DNA of 64,000 nt from an uncultured delta proteobacterium (GTDB lineage Bacteria > Desulfobacterota > Syntrophia > Syntrophales > CAMTWB01): NCBI GenBank assembly GCA_947085375.1, contig CAMTWB010000008.1, positions 3,507 through 67,506 on the forward strand. Direction: 5' to 3'. A program made the translations under genes and the position numbers. Position 1 is the first letter of the stretch; each line of letters starts with the position of its first letter. The notes beneath the pieces were generated by a model that was not told where the DNA came from, searched no databases, and was given only the letters and a program-made list of their open reading frames with translations. Of the stretch, positions 14,263 to 23,994 are shown piece after piece.

Positions 14263-15792
14263 ATGGACATCAAAAAACTCACCGAAGGCCCCTTAAGGCG
14301 CATCAACCCGCGCCTCCTGAACTGGGCGTTTAGATACCTCAAGGCCCTCCCCGCAGTAAGGAAGGGCCTGGAGGAAGAATTCGCCCCCATCGTCCGGGAA
14401 TTGGAAGACTCGGTTAAACCCTATCGGAACAGGTTTTCCACCTACAGAAAGATACCGCCACAAGGCAGGGAACGTCAGGAAATCTTGCATGAAATAACAG
14501 AAATGAATTTGATCGAGGAGGCCAGATGGAAAGAGGGCTTCGCCTCGGGGGCCGTCTATCACGGCGATCAGGAACACATTGATTTTCTGAACCAGGTTTA
14601 CGCCCTCAATTCCCAGAGCAATCCCCTCCATGCGGACCTCTGGCCGAGCAGCGCCAAATACGAGTCCGAGATCGTGGCGATGACGGCGAACATGCTGGGC
14701 GGGGACGAGCCATATGCGGGGCCGGAGGGAGAGAAGGAGGTATGCGGGGTGGTATCATCCGGGGGAACGGAGAGCATCCTCCTGGCCATGAAAACCTACC
14801 GGGACTGGGCCAGGGACCAAAAGGGAATCCGCCGACCGGAAATGATCGTACCAACGAGCGCCCATGCGGCCTTTGACAAGGCCTCCCAGTACTTCGGAAT
14901 CGGTATAAGACACATCCCCGTAGGCGGGGATTATCGGGCAGATCTGGCGGCCACCCGCAGGGCTATCACCCGTAATACCATCGTCCTCGTCGGCTCGGCG
15001 CCCTCCTTTCCCCATGGCGCGATTGATCCCATCGCCGAAATGTCTGAACTGGCCAGGGAGCGCGGCATCGGTTTCCATACCGATGCCTGCCTGGGCGGTT
15101 TCCTTCTGCCCTGGGCAAAAGAACTGGGATATGACATCCCGCCCTTTGATTTCCGTTTGCCCGGCGTCACTTCCCTCTCTGCCGATACCCATAAATACGG
15201 TTACGCTGCCAAGGGAACCTCCGTGGTGCTCTACCGGGGGCGGGAATTGCGCCGCTATCAGTATTTCACTTCCACGGACTGGCCCGGGGGACTTTATTTT
15301 TCGCCGACCCTGGCGGGAAGCCGTCCCGGCGCCCTCAGCGCCGCCTGCTGGGCCGCGATGATCGCCATGGGAGCGGAGGGCTACCGGGAAGCGACGGGAA
15401 AAATCCTTTCCGCTGCCGCCAGGATTAAGGCGGGAATCGGTGAGATACCGGAGTTGCGTATTTTGGGCGATCCCCTCTGGGTGATCGCCTTCGCCTCTGA
15501 TACCCTTGATATTTACCGGATCATGGATTTTATGACGAGAAGAAACTGGAGCCTCAACGGCCTGCACAAGCCTTCCTGCCTGCACCTTTGCGTGACCCTG
15601 AGACACACCCAGCCGGGCATTGTGGACCGTTTTCTGTCAGATCTCCAGGCGGCGGTGGCACAGGTCAGGGAAAACCCGGGAGAAAAAGGCGGGATGGCCC
15701 CCGTTTACGGGATGGCGGCCACCCTGCCGGTAAGGTCTATAGTGGGTGATCTGCTGGCGCGTTACCTTGATGCGCTTTATAAAACCAAGTAG
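14263..15792 (+). CDS. PLP-dependent group II decarboxylase-fold enzyme, sphingosine-1-phosphate lyase-like
   Basis: [41 protein letters not shown] (PLP lysine) and [17 protein letters not shown]. Confidence 0.8.
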   Translation: MDIKKLTEGPLRRINPRLLNWAFRYLKALPAVRKGLEEEFAPIVRELEDSVKPYRNRFSTYRKIPPQGRERQEILHEITEMNLIEEARWKEGFASGAVYHGDQEHIDFLNQVYALNSQSNPLHADLWPSSAKYESEIVAMTANMLGGDEPYAGPEGEKEVCGVVSSGGTESILLAMKTYRDWARDQKGIRRPEMIVPTSAHAAFDKASQYFGIGIRHIPVGGDYRADLAATRRAITRNTIVLVGSAPSFPHGAIDPIAEMSELARERGIGFHTDACLGGFLLPWAKELGYDIPPFDFRLPGVTSLSADTHKYGYAAKGTSVVLYRGRELRRYQYFTSTDWPGGLYFSPTLAGSRPGALSAACWAAMIAMGAEGYREATGKILSAAARIKAGIGEIPELRILGDPLWVIAFASDTLDIYRIMDFMTRRNWSLNGLHKPSCLHLCVTLRHTQPGIVDRFLSDLQAAVAQVRENPGEKGGMAPVYGMAATLPVRSIVGDLLARYLDALYKTK

Positions 15793-15797
15793 CTATG

Positions 15798-15895
15798 ATG
15801 ACACTGTAAAAAGTTCGGTTGCTGCGTTGCGCTGCGCCCCTCCCCCGGTGTAAGGGGGCAGGGGGAGCGCAGTTTTGACATTTTACGAAGTCGCC
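15798..15895. repeat. TIR-bounded intergenic repeat, GTAAAAAGT...TTTTACGAAGTCG family (short form)
   Basis: Left end gatgacacTGTAAAAAGT, an internal block TTCGGTTGCTGCGTTGCGCT homologous to 55405-55425, a hairpin CCCCCggtgtaaGGGGG, and right end gacaTTTTACGAAGTCG. It overlaps the stop of the converging 15883 gene. Confidence 0.6.
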
Positions 15896-16926
15896 AACTT
15901 TGCGGCCAGTTCTCTTTGTACCTGTTTGGCCTCAGCCACAATCCGCTCGATAACCTCCGCGACAGTCGGCTCATCCCGGATCAGGCCGGTCACCTGACCG
16001 ACCGGCAGCACCCCCTTTTTTTCATCCCCATACTCGGTGGCCACGCGGATGGCCTGGAAGGCGTTGGCCATGAAGGCCAGTTGCCGCGCATTCTTCCAGC
16101 CCGAAGCCAGGGTTCCCAGGAACAATTTAAAATAGGGGAGATTAAGCTGCCGGGCTATTTCTCTTGAGTTAACCAGCGCCGCCGGCAGATCCAGGCCCTT
16201 GCGCACCGCCCGCAGGGCGGCCTTGGTTTTGAGGATGCGGCAGGGGATGCCGTCGAAACGGGAGGAGAAGATGGTATCCAAGGCGCTTTTATTGATAGAA
16301 AGCTCCTTGTATTTGTTATGCAAGGGGCTCTCCCGGGTGGTCATAAACCTGGTTCCCATAGCCACGCCTTCTGCACCCAGGGACAGGGCAGCGGCCAGTC
16401 CCCGGCCGTCGGCGATACCTCCCGCGGCGATTACGGGGATGTCGAGGACATCAGCCAAAAGGGGAATCAGGATCATGCTGGTGAGTTCGTCGCCGTGGGC
16501 CGCGGCCTCGTGGCCGGTGGCAATTATCGCATCCGCTCCGTAATCCTGTGCTCTTTTGGCATGACGGGCGTTGACCACGGTTGCCACCACCTTGCCGCCG
16601 TACTTATGGGCTTCCTTTACCAGCCAATCCCCCTTGCCCAGGGCAAAATTGATCACCGGTACCTGCTCTTCTAAAAGTACCCGGGCGTTTTCGGCGGCGC
16701 CCGGGAACATCAAGGACACGTTCGCGCCGAAGGGTTTGTCGGTCAACTTGCGAATATCCCGGATGGCCTGCCGCGTCTGTCCGGCATCCAGGGGTCCAGT
16801 GGCCAAAATACCCAGACCGCCCGCGCCGGATACGGCGGCTACCATTTGCGGTACGCTGATCCAGCTCATGCCGGACAGGACAATCGGGTAGCGAATTCCG
16901 AATAGCTCAGTAATTTTCGTTTTCAA
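15883..16926 (-). CDS. FMN-dependent nitronate monooxygenase / FabK-like enoyl reductase family oxidoreductase
   Basis: ITELFGIRYPIVLSGMSWISVPQMVAAVSGAGGLGILA and IPVIAAGGIADGRG. Start set at TTG 16926, 7 nt after AAGGAGG. Confidence 0.8.
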   Translation of the reverse strand: MKTKITELFGIRYPIVLSGMSWISVPQMVAAVSGAGGLGILATGPLDAGQTRQAIRDIRKLTDKPFGANVSLMFPGAAENARVLLEEQVPVINFALGKGDWLVKEAHKYGGKVVATVVNARHAKRAQDYGADAIIATGHEAAAHGDELTSMILIPLLADVLDIPVIAAGGIADGRGLAAALSLGAEGVAMGTRFMTTRESPLHNKYKELSINKSALDTIFSSRFDGIPCRILKTKAALRAVRKGLDLPAALVNSREIARQLNLPYFKLFLGTLASGWKNARQLAFMANAFQAIRVATEYGDEKKGVLPVGQVTGLIRDEPTVAEVIERIVAEAKQVQRELAAKLATS

Positions 16927-16940
16927 TTTGGTCCTCCTTT

Positions 16941-18083
16941 TCAGACTGTTTGCAGCACCCGGCCGATGGTCATTATCTCCGCTTCTTTGGTTCCCTCGTA
17001 CAGCTCTAGAATCTTCGCATCGCGATACCATTTCTGGACCACGTATTCGTCAATGTAGCCATAGCCGCCGTGCAGCTCCACCGCGTAGTTGGCACAAAAA
17101 ACCGCCGTTTGACCGCCGAAGTACTTGGCCATCGCCGCCAGAGTATAATCGGGCCGCCCCTGGTCTAAGAGCCAGGCCGCCTTGTAAACCAATCCGCGCA
17201 GGGCTTCGATTCTGATGGCCATCTCGGTTAGTTTCATCTGGGTCAACTGGAATGATCCCAATGGCGCGCCGAAGGCTGTCCTTTCCTTGACATATTTAAT
17301 GCTCGTTTCCAGACAGCCTTCCGAAAGGCCCAGAGCCTGGCCGCCGATGCCGATCCGGGTTACATCGAAAAAGTGCATCAGATTGCGAAAACCGCTCCCT
17401 TCCTTCCCCACCAGGTTGCTTTGCGGCACCCGGACATCTTCAAAGGTAATCTCGGCCGTGTCGCTGGCGCGGATGCCCAACTTGCCGTGAATCTTGTTTT
17501 TGATGACTCCGGGGGCGCCCGCCGGGACAATGATGAGGCTGAAACTGTTGTGCCGCTTCTCGGCGGGATTGGTGATACACTGGGCGACCATATAATCGCA
17601 TACCGTGCCGTTGGTAATGAACATCTTGTTGCCGTTGATCAGATAATCGCTGCCGTCTTTCACGGCCCTGGTTTTATATCCCGCGGCATCGGTGCCGGCG
17701 TTGGGTTCGGTGAAGGCGCCGGCGAAAACCTGTTCCCCTAGGCACAAGGGCGGGAGATAGGTCTTTTTCTGCTCTTCCGTTCCGTACATGAATATCGCCT
17801 CGGCACCGAAGGTTGCCGCAGTGATATTAAGGCAGAGGCCGATATCGACCCGCGACAATTCCTCGGTTATGATGGCGTTGCCCAGCTGCCCCACTCCAGC
17901 GCCGCCATACTCTTCCGGCACCCAGGCCCCTACCAGGCCATTGTCGGCAGCTTTCCTTCTTATTTCCGGCGTGTATTTTTCATGTTCATCGGCCTCTTTG
18001 GAAAACTTTGGAAACTCGTTTTCAGCAAACTTGCGGGTCATATCCTTCAACATCTGAAGCTCTTCGGGAAGATCAAAATTCAT
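16941..18083 (-). CDS. Acyl-CoA dehydrogenase
   Basis: 380 aa with FTEPNAGTDAAG, the C-terminal YEGTKEAEIMTIGR, and typical ACAD length. Confidence 0.9.
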   Translation of the reverse strand: MNFDLPEELQMLKDMTRKFAENEFPKFSKEADEHEKYTPEIRRKAADNGLVGAWVPEEYGGAGVGQLGNAIITEELSRVDIGLCLNITAATFGAEAIFMYGTEEQKKTYLPPLCLGEQVFAGAFTEPNAGTDAAGYKTRAVKDGSDYLINGNKMFITNGTVCDYMVAQCITNPAEKRHNSFSLIIVPAGAPGVIKNKIHGKLGIRASDTAEITFEDVRVPQSNLVGKEGSGFRNLMHFFDVTRIGIGGQALGLSEGCLETSIKYVKERTAFGAPLGSFQLTQMKLTEMAIRIEALRGLVYKAAWLLDQGRPDYTLAAMAKYFGGQTAVFCANYAVELHGGYGYIDEYVVQKWYRDAKILELYEGTKEAEIMTIGRVLQTV

Positions 18084-18263
18084 CGTTTTCCTCCTTAATA
18101 GAAGTTTTCCGCTGGTGCGGCAGTGCTATCTGGGGGCAGTTGAAACCGTTGCCCCCTATTGACATAAGAATCAACTTTGGTCAAGGTGAAGTAACTGCCC
18201 AGGAGCCAGAATTCAGGAGTCAGAATTCAGAATAAAGGCAGTGATACGTGGATAAAACAAAAT

Positions 18264-21200
18264 TTATTCTGCAACTCCTCCTACCTCCACATAGGGCAGG
18301 ATTGTCTCCCAGGAGCTGTTGCCGCCGTGGCTATAGCGCCCCTTGAGCCTTCCCGTATCGATAAATCCGTGGTCGGAGATGATACTGAAGCTGGGCAGGC
18401 TTTTTAATATCGGCAGGATGCCGTGAATGAATTCGCTTTTGATATTGAGATAAAGGGGATAGCTGTCGAGCGTGCTGTTATGCATCTTGCTGTCGATAAA
18501 ATTAAAATGAAGCACCTTTGTTTTCGCCTCTCCCTTCAGAAAACGCTTAAGATCCCGTATTGGGAAGCCCCGTTCCGACCACTTTAAGAGCGAAATCTCA
18601 GCATCTGCTGTTTCGGCCTCCTCTCCGATACCCAGGAGCCTCCGGAAGTGTGACGTAAGCGTCGGTCCCGGAATCACAAAGGGATGCTCCTTGAGCGTCA
18701 TCCCTTCTTTTTCCATAACTTCCCGCAGGATCAGCCAGAGGTCATAGCGCAGTCCATCCATAACGGTAACGATTCCCTTCATCTTTTGACTGATAGCCGC
18801 AATGTCCAGCGCCCCGGCATGCCGGTCCTGGCGCTTTTCGTAGGCGGCCAGGATTTCATGCTGATTTCTTTCGAGCGCCTCGATGATGGAACCGGCAACC
18901 AGCTCCTGGCCCATGTTTTCGTGAGCGAAGGCCGCGATGCGGTAGGCCAGAGGGGCAATGACCCTGGTGAAGACCTCGACGCCCGCGTATCTTTCCCTTT
19001 CGGCCAATAGCCTGGCAATCTGGAGCAACTCCGTAAGCGGCCGGTCTTCGATCGTCCCGAGAGAGGCCGCGGAAATGGTTCGCCCGCTCAGCCTGCGAAA
19101 TATCTCTCCCCGGATATGTTTTCTCAAGCGGCCGATCCGTTCCGTTTTGAGGAAGGCCAGGAGTTCCTGGTCCGCATAGGAGGTCCAGCGGATATCATCA
19201 ATGGCCTGAAACCTTCCATCTCGCTTAAGGGCCTCGTCGAGGTCGTCAAAGGATCGCAGTTGGGGATCATTTTCCATCAGGGCGCGAAAAACAGTCTCTC
19301 CCTGCGGCCCATAGCGGCAAAGTCCTTCCTTCAGGGCCTGGGTTGCCGCATCGCCTTCCCCGCGCAGGTGGATGATGCAGTCCTCATCGTCTCCGATCCA
19401 CTTAAGAAAGAGCCCCTTGAGTTCCTCCTGGCGAAACCGCCGCCCCTGGACCCGGCCGATAAAATCGCTCAGATCCAGTTCTTTGACCTTCCAGCGGCCC
19501 CCCAACGCCTTCTCGATTGCGATCAGTACCTCGTCTGTTAATTGAGGCAAGAGGAGGGAGGTGTTTACCCGCTGGGCGTCGAGATTCAGTAGCGACGAGA
19601 AACGTGCTGCCAGGTCCTGCTGGCCTGCATCATGGAGGCTTAAACGATATGAATCGAGCCTTTCCCTGTTTCCGGCCCCATTGAGCGCCTCCAGGAATTT
19701 TTGCAATCCCGCCCGGCAGGAGGCGGCAAAATCCGTTTCCAGCTCCGGCGGCTTGCTGTCGATGGACAAACCGCAACTGCAGGCCGGGCTGAGAAAGAGG
19801 TCTCTGTTTAAGTCGTAACGGCAGGCCGCAGGCAGGCGATCAAGCTCTCTCTTCAATTCCCACCACTCGCCGAGAAAGGTCAAGGAACCGACCTGGGCGG
19901 CAATTCTTCTTAAGGCCTTGGCCTCGGGCAGCTCCTCGACAACCTTCCTTGCTGAGAAGACGGAAGCGCGGTAGTAGAGCTCGTGCTTTTCCTTATAGGC
20001 CTGGGTATATTCATCAAAGAAGGCCTCCCATTGGTCTTTGATGTCAGGAAAGTCGCTCTTTTTGCCTTGAAGAAAATCGTCAATCAAGAGGAGCAGGACG
20101 TCCCGCTTTTCCCTGAGGTCGGCAGGCAGCTTCAGTGCGGGGTGCTCCAGGTAAAGCCAGTATTTGTTGATAGGTTGAAACTGCTCGGATAAAAAGAGCA
20201 ATAGCCTTTTGAGATAAGCCAGCTCTGCTTCCATGGCGGGGTTTGACTTCAGGTAGGAGAGGAACCTTTCCAGGCCTTCCGCCGGCGGCAAAGACAGGGT
20301 CAGGGAATGGAAAAACATGCCCAGACGGCCCAGGAGGGAGCCGTCTATAGCCGCCTTTTTGAGCAGAGAGTAGTCTTTGTATTTGTTAATGAGACCGTTT
20401 ATGTCGTCCAAGAGACGCCTGCCCTGCCGCACCAGTTCCACCGCCTGCTTCCACATCAGTTTCTGGGTGATGGGCGTCGGGATGTCTTCCACCTCGCCCC
20501 AGATAAACCTGCCCGCCCCGATATAGGCGAGGAGTTCCGCGCAGAGGGTTTTACCAGGTCGCAACGTTGAGATTTCACCGCTTGAGAGCTGAGGCAGATC
20601 CTTGAGTTCAACCATCTCCTGTCGGCTGTAAGGGATGAGGTGCCCGGAGGAGATGAAAGCAGCCAGGACTATGTTGATCTGGTCGTCCGTCATTCCCCAC
20701 TTTCCCTTTTTTAGGGCCATCCGGATATCAGCTATTCCCTCTCCCTGGGAGGAAATGGTTAGGATATGGGAAACAAGATCATTGGCGGGATCGAGCGAGA
20801 TGAGGAAGGTGCTCCCCCTTTTGACAACGATTCCCAGGGGCTCCGGCAGGGCGTTGATATAGGGGACCAGGCCCTTGGTTTCTGCTTCCTCAATCGTAAT
20901 CCTCCCCTGCCGGATAAAATCCCGGTAAAGGGACTGTAAATGCTGGGAAGAGATATAATCGCCGCGCGGCATGATCCGGGCATGGTTGGGGTACAACTCA
21001 GCTAGACTGTAGTCAAAAAGGTGAGTGAGCAGTCTTTCTATGGGCAGATAGCCCAGATCCTTGATGTTGCCCAGGCGTTTTCCCGATCCATAGACGATTT
21101 CGCCCTCGAAATACAAACGGGTGATGATCTCCCGGCATTGTGCCTCGTCCCGGCGCAGGTCATTGCCAAACACGGGAAATTCTTCCACGAGTATTTTTTT

Positions 21201-22892
21201 GGCAATAAATTCTTCGAGGAAGGTCGTCTCCTCGTTCATGGGCAATCGGGGAGTCCAGAAAACAAGAGCGCAGAGGAAGGGCGAGGCGTTGGCATCCTTC
21301 CAGGCGTAGATTCCGGCATTATCAGCCCAAGGTGACAATATAACCAGAAAACCATCCAGGCGCTTCTCAATCCCCTCGAGCATCCTTTCCATTTCCTCCC
21401 GCTGGAGCGCAAAGGGCGATGCCGCCAGGACTACACAGTCCCGGGGGCTGTTTTGCCAGGTAAAACGGTACTTCTTGCCCTCCTTGATCTCCCGCAAGGG
21501 GAGGTAGGGCAGGGCGGTCAGGCGGCATACTTCGGAAAACAGGACATTTCGGTCGGCAAATCGTTCGCGGACCGCTTTGATCCTGCCCCGCGCCCTGATC
21601 CCTTCATCTACGGTCGTATCGAGGAAATAATTTTCTCCCTCCCGATTGACATACATCTGGTGGGCCACCAGCGGATTCAAGATCGCGTTTTTGATATAGT
21701 CGTAGTTGATCTCCTTTGTGATGGTGCTGATCTTCTTCAAGAGGAGTTCGGCAATCTCCCGGGCGTTTTTTCTTTTCTCGAAGGGAGATATCTCCGTCAG
21801 CGCCATAATTTTGATTGCCGCCAGGGCGATCCGCTCTTGCCCTGGCTGGGCCAGGATCTGACCGATCTGCCTCCGGTAGTAGTCGTAAATAACCCGGGCC
21901 AGGGGTGAATATTCGGGAATCTCGCGGATCCGTTCCTCAAAGTAGTCGAAGATAGCCTCGGGTGTAATCAGAGTCGCGGGTGATTCGTCAAAATTATTTT
22001 TCACCTCCGATAAAACGAACTGGATCACCCCCCGGTGCTGGGAAAAGACCGGCGTCAGCCCGGAGAGGTAGCGGGCGGTAAAGGGGTGCAGAGGATAGGT
22101 CTTGCGAAAATCCTCCAAGCGCAGATTAAGCGCCGGATAGTAGCGTTTCAAATCCTCAAAAATGCCCTGGATGACGGCCTGGGCCCCTTCCTTTTTGATC
22201 ACGATGCGCTGGTCGATAATATCTTCGATATGCGAAGATGAGAGATTTACCCTTACCGGGTAGCGATCCTTGATCCGGTTGAAGATGGAGGAGGAGATAT
22301 GACCGGTTTCCTCGATCCATTCCTGCAGGGAGGCAATTACCCACAGGGGGTGATGAAAGGAAAACTCGCCCAGAAACTGGAGAAACCGGATATCTTCGTA
22401 AAAGGCCGGCGTAGTGGGCTTGGCCCGCAGGAATTCCGACAGTTCGTCGATGAGGATCACAGTCGGCGCCGCGACGATCTCCTGAAACTGTTCCTGACGG
22501 TTCACGCCAGCGCCGGTATAGCCGCAGCTGTCCTGCAGGATCCGCTCCAGCGGCAGGGAGGCGGGGTATTTCACGAGGGATATCTTTACGAGGTTGATCT
22601 TTCCCGCCTGGATCTCGGGGTAATCTGCCAAAAGAGATTTTCCGCCCTGTCGGAGTAAAAGAAAAAGATAGGACAGGAAGTGGGACTTGCCGCTGCCGTA
22701 ATTGCCCTTGAGAAAGACGCCGCACCCCTTTCGGGCGTTGATATTGGCGAGGATGGTTCGCAGTCCTTCTTCCACCTCCCGGGTAAGCACAAAAGACGAG
22801 GCGATTTCACTGGGTATGTGGTCCGCGTCATCGAGCTCGATGACCGGCTTTATTTCGGGGATATCTATGATGTCGCTGAGCTTTTCTGCCAT
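18264..22892 (-). CDS. Fusion protein: BrxC/PglY-like P-loop ATPase (N-terminus) + ~900-aa unassigned middle + PglZ alkaline-phosphatase-fold domain (C-terminus)
   Basis: Walker A GNYGSGKSH (22683-22697), Walker B-like VILIDELSEF and a BrxC-like YPLHPFTARYL segment. The C-terminal 170 aa (18267-18776) carry the PglZ motif set VMDGLRYD / PGPTLTS / FIDSKMH / SDHGF / HGGNSSWE. Start set at ATG 22892 (MAEKLSDII). Confidence 0.75.
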   Translation of the reverse strand: MAEKLSDIIDIPEIKPVIELDDADHIPSEIASSFVLTREVEEGLRTILANINARKGCGVFLKGNYGSGKSHFLSYLFLLLRQGGKSLLADYPEIQAGKINLVKISLVKYPASLPLERILQDSCGYTGAGVNRQEQFQEIVAAPTVILIDELSEFLRAKPTTPAFYEDIRFLQFLGEFSFHHPLWVIASLQEWIEETGHISSSIFNRIKDRYPVRVNLSSSHIEDIIDQRIVIKKEGAQAVIQGIFEDLKRYYPALNLRLEDFRKTYPLHPFTARYLSGLTPVFSQHRGVIQFVLSEVKNNFDESPATLITPEAIFDYFEERIREIPEYSPLARVIYDYYRRQIGQILAQPGQERIALAAIKIMALTEISPFEKRKNAREIAELLLKKISTITKEINYDYIKNAILNPLVAHQMYVNREGENYFLDTTVDEGIRARGRIKAVRERFADRNVLFSEVCRLTALPYLPLREIKEGKKYRFTWQNSPRDCVVLAASPFALQREEMERMLEGIEKRLDGFLVILSPWADNAGIYAWKDANASPFLCALVFWTPRLPMNEETTFLEEFIAKKILVEEFPVFGNDLRRDEAQCREIITRLYFEGEIVYGSGKRLGNIKDLGYLPIERLLTHLFDYSLAELYPNHARIMPRGDYISSQHLQSLYRDFIRQGRITIEEAETKGLVPYINALPEPLGIVVKRGSTFLISLDPANDLVSHILTISSQGEGIADIRMALKKGKWGMTDDQINIVLAAFISSGHLIPYSRQEMVELKDLPQLSSGEISTLRPGKTLCAELLAYIGAGRFIWGEVEDIPTPITQKLMWKQAVELVRQGRRLLDDINGLINKYKDYSLLKKAAIDGSLLGRLGMFFHSLTLSLPPAEGLERFLSYLKSNPAMEAELAYLKRLLLFLSEQFQPINKYWLYLEHPALKLPADLREKRDVLLLLIDDFLQGKKSDFPDIKDQWEAFFDEYTQAYKEKHELYYRASVFSARKVVEELPEAKALRRIAAQVGSLTFLGEWWELKRELDRLPAACRYDLNRDLFLSPACSCGLSIDSKPPELETDFAASCRAGLQKFLEALNGAGNRERLDSYRLSLHDAGQQDLAARFSSLLNLDAQRVNTSLLLPQLTDEVLIAIEKALGGRWKVKELDLSDFIGRVQGRRFRQEELKGLFLKWIGDDEDCIIHLRGEGDAATQALKEGLCRYGPQGETVFRALMENDPQLRSFDDLDEALKRDGRFQAIDDIRWTSYADQELLAFLKTERIGRLRKHIRGEIFRRLSGRTISAASLGTIEDRPLTELLQIARLLAERERYAGVEVFTRVIAPLAYRIAAFAHENMGQELVAGSIIEALERNQHEILAAYEKRQDRHAGALDIAAISQKMKGIVTVMDGLRYDLWLILREVMEKEGMTLKEHPFVIPGPTLTSHFRRLLGIGEEAETADAEISLLKWSERGFPIRDLKRFLKGEAKTKVLHFNFIDSKMHNSTLDSYPLYLNIKSEFIHGILPILKSLPSFSIISDHGFIDTGRLKGRYSHGGNSSWETILPYVEVGGVAE

Positions 22893-23800
22893 TGTTTCGC
22901 CTTCTTCAGTAATCCCCAGAGGTGCTTGGCCTCCGGGCGGTGGGCGAGCGCCTCGCCAACCAGCCTTTCCCAACCCTCATAATCCGCCTTGTCCTCGTAT
23001 ATCTTGAAAATCGTCCGGGTGACAAAATGGTCTTCGGGATTCTGGACAAAAACGCCCTTCAGGTGGATGGCGGCCCGCTGTCTGTCGCCCATCTTATAAT
23101 AGGCATAGCCCAGCATCTTGCGGGTAAACGGATGATCCTTAATGGCAAGGAGCCTGGTATAAATCTCGACCGCCTGGTCGAATCTCTCCATTTTTTTATA
23201 GAGATCGGCCAGATAAAGATGAAGATCGTAATCCGCGGCATATTCGGGCAGGGCCATGATTGTCTCGATCTCGATTGCCGCCTGGGCTGGACTCTTGGCA
23301 GCGAATTTCTGCTGGTAATAGGTAAATCTGCTGGTGCCGCCAACCGTCTCTTCGCCGGCCAGGGCGATCTTCTTCAGAGGTTCGCTTTGGGGAAATCTCG
23401 CCAGCGCCTGCCTGAGGACATCCTTCCCCTTTTCTGCTCCCAGGGACCTTGCCGCTGCTTCCACCAGGAAGACAAAAAAAACCTCATTGCCCACCCCCCA
23501 AGAGAAGATGGCGTTGATTAACTTTTCCAGGTCATCCTTGGCCTTCTCCCGCTGAAGAATCAGGACGTAAGTGCGGAGGAAAAAGCTGTTGTTTTTAAGG
23601 AGTTCCACCCGGCCTTCCGCCTTAGTTCTCGCTTCCTTTATCTTCCCGAGCTGAAAAAGCAGATGGACCTCGTTGCCTAAAAGAAAGAGGTTGGTCGGAT
23701 AGATGGTCAGGGCCTCCTTCAGCGCCTCATAGGCCCCGCGGTAGTCCTTCTTTCTCTCCAGTGCGATGATTAGGTCAACGTATGCTCGGGCGTCGGTCAT
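22865..23800 (-). CDS. TPR-repeat protein
   Basis: 311 aa of repeated 34-aa-like A/Y/L helical hairpins (e.g. YRGAYEALKEALTIYP, DQAVEIYTRLLAIKD, GDRQRAAIHLKGVFVQNP). Its 3' end overlaps the ATPase-PglZ start by 28 nt. Confidence 0.75.
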   Translation of the reverse strand: MTDARAYVDLIIALERKKDYRGAYEALKEALTIYPTNLFLLGNEVHLLFQLGKIKEARTKAEGRVELLKNNSFFLRTYVLILQREKAKDDLEKLINAIFSWGVGNEVFFVFLVEAAARSLGAEKGKDVLRQALARFPQSEPLKKIALAGEETVGGTSRFTYYQQKFAAKSPAQAAIEIETIMALPEYAADYDLHLYLADLYKKMERFDQAVEIYTRLLAIKDHPFTRKMLGYAYYKMGDRQRAAIHLKGVFVQNPEDHFVTRTIFKIYEDKADYEGWERLVGEALAHRPEAKHLWGLLKKAKQWQKSSATS

Positions 23801-23836
23801 GGTTTTTTTGGTTTCAAGGTTATTGAAGAGGTTGCT

Positions 23837-23947
23837 TCACCTCTTCCGGTGCTGCTGCTTCAAAAAAAGTTCCAGCGCCGCCCGAAGATTGTCCCGCAGG
23901 GCGAGGTCGGAAATAAAGGGAATGTCGAATTTTTTTTCGATGGACAT
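23837..23947 (-). CDS. Possible 36-codon ORF (MSIEKKFDIPFISDLALRDNLRAALELFLKQQHRKR) upstream of the TPR gene
   Basis: An ATG with a weak AGGA upstream. It is below the ORF-track size cut-off and has no recognisable family. The stop lies inside an 8-bp stem (GAAGAGGT/ACCTCTTC, 23825-23846). Confidence 0.2.
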   Translation of the reverse strand: MSIEKKFDIPFISDLALRDNLRAALELFLKQQHRKR

Positions 23948-23954
23948 GACGTGT

Positions 23955-23983
23955 CCTATAACCTTTTCTCCCAGGCAATGCAA
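23955..23983 (-). promoter_or_regulatory. Candidate sigma70-like promoter for the small ORF-TPR-ATPase/PglZ unit
   Basis: On the minus strand, TTGCAT (23983-23978), a 17-nt spacer, then TATAGG (23960-23955). Pattern match only. Confidence 0.25.
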
Positions 23984-23994
23984 TAATTCCATTG

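Noticed and set aside
18132-18156. The hairpin GGGGGCA-11 nt-TGCCCCC downstream of the ATPase-PglZ gene, considered as its intrinsic terminator
   Set aside because: No U-run follows on the minus-strand transcript. It could equally belong to the promoter or leader of the acyl-CoA dehydrogenase gene, so it is left uncalled.
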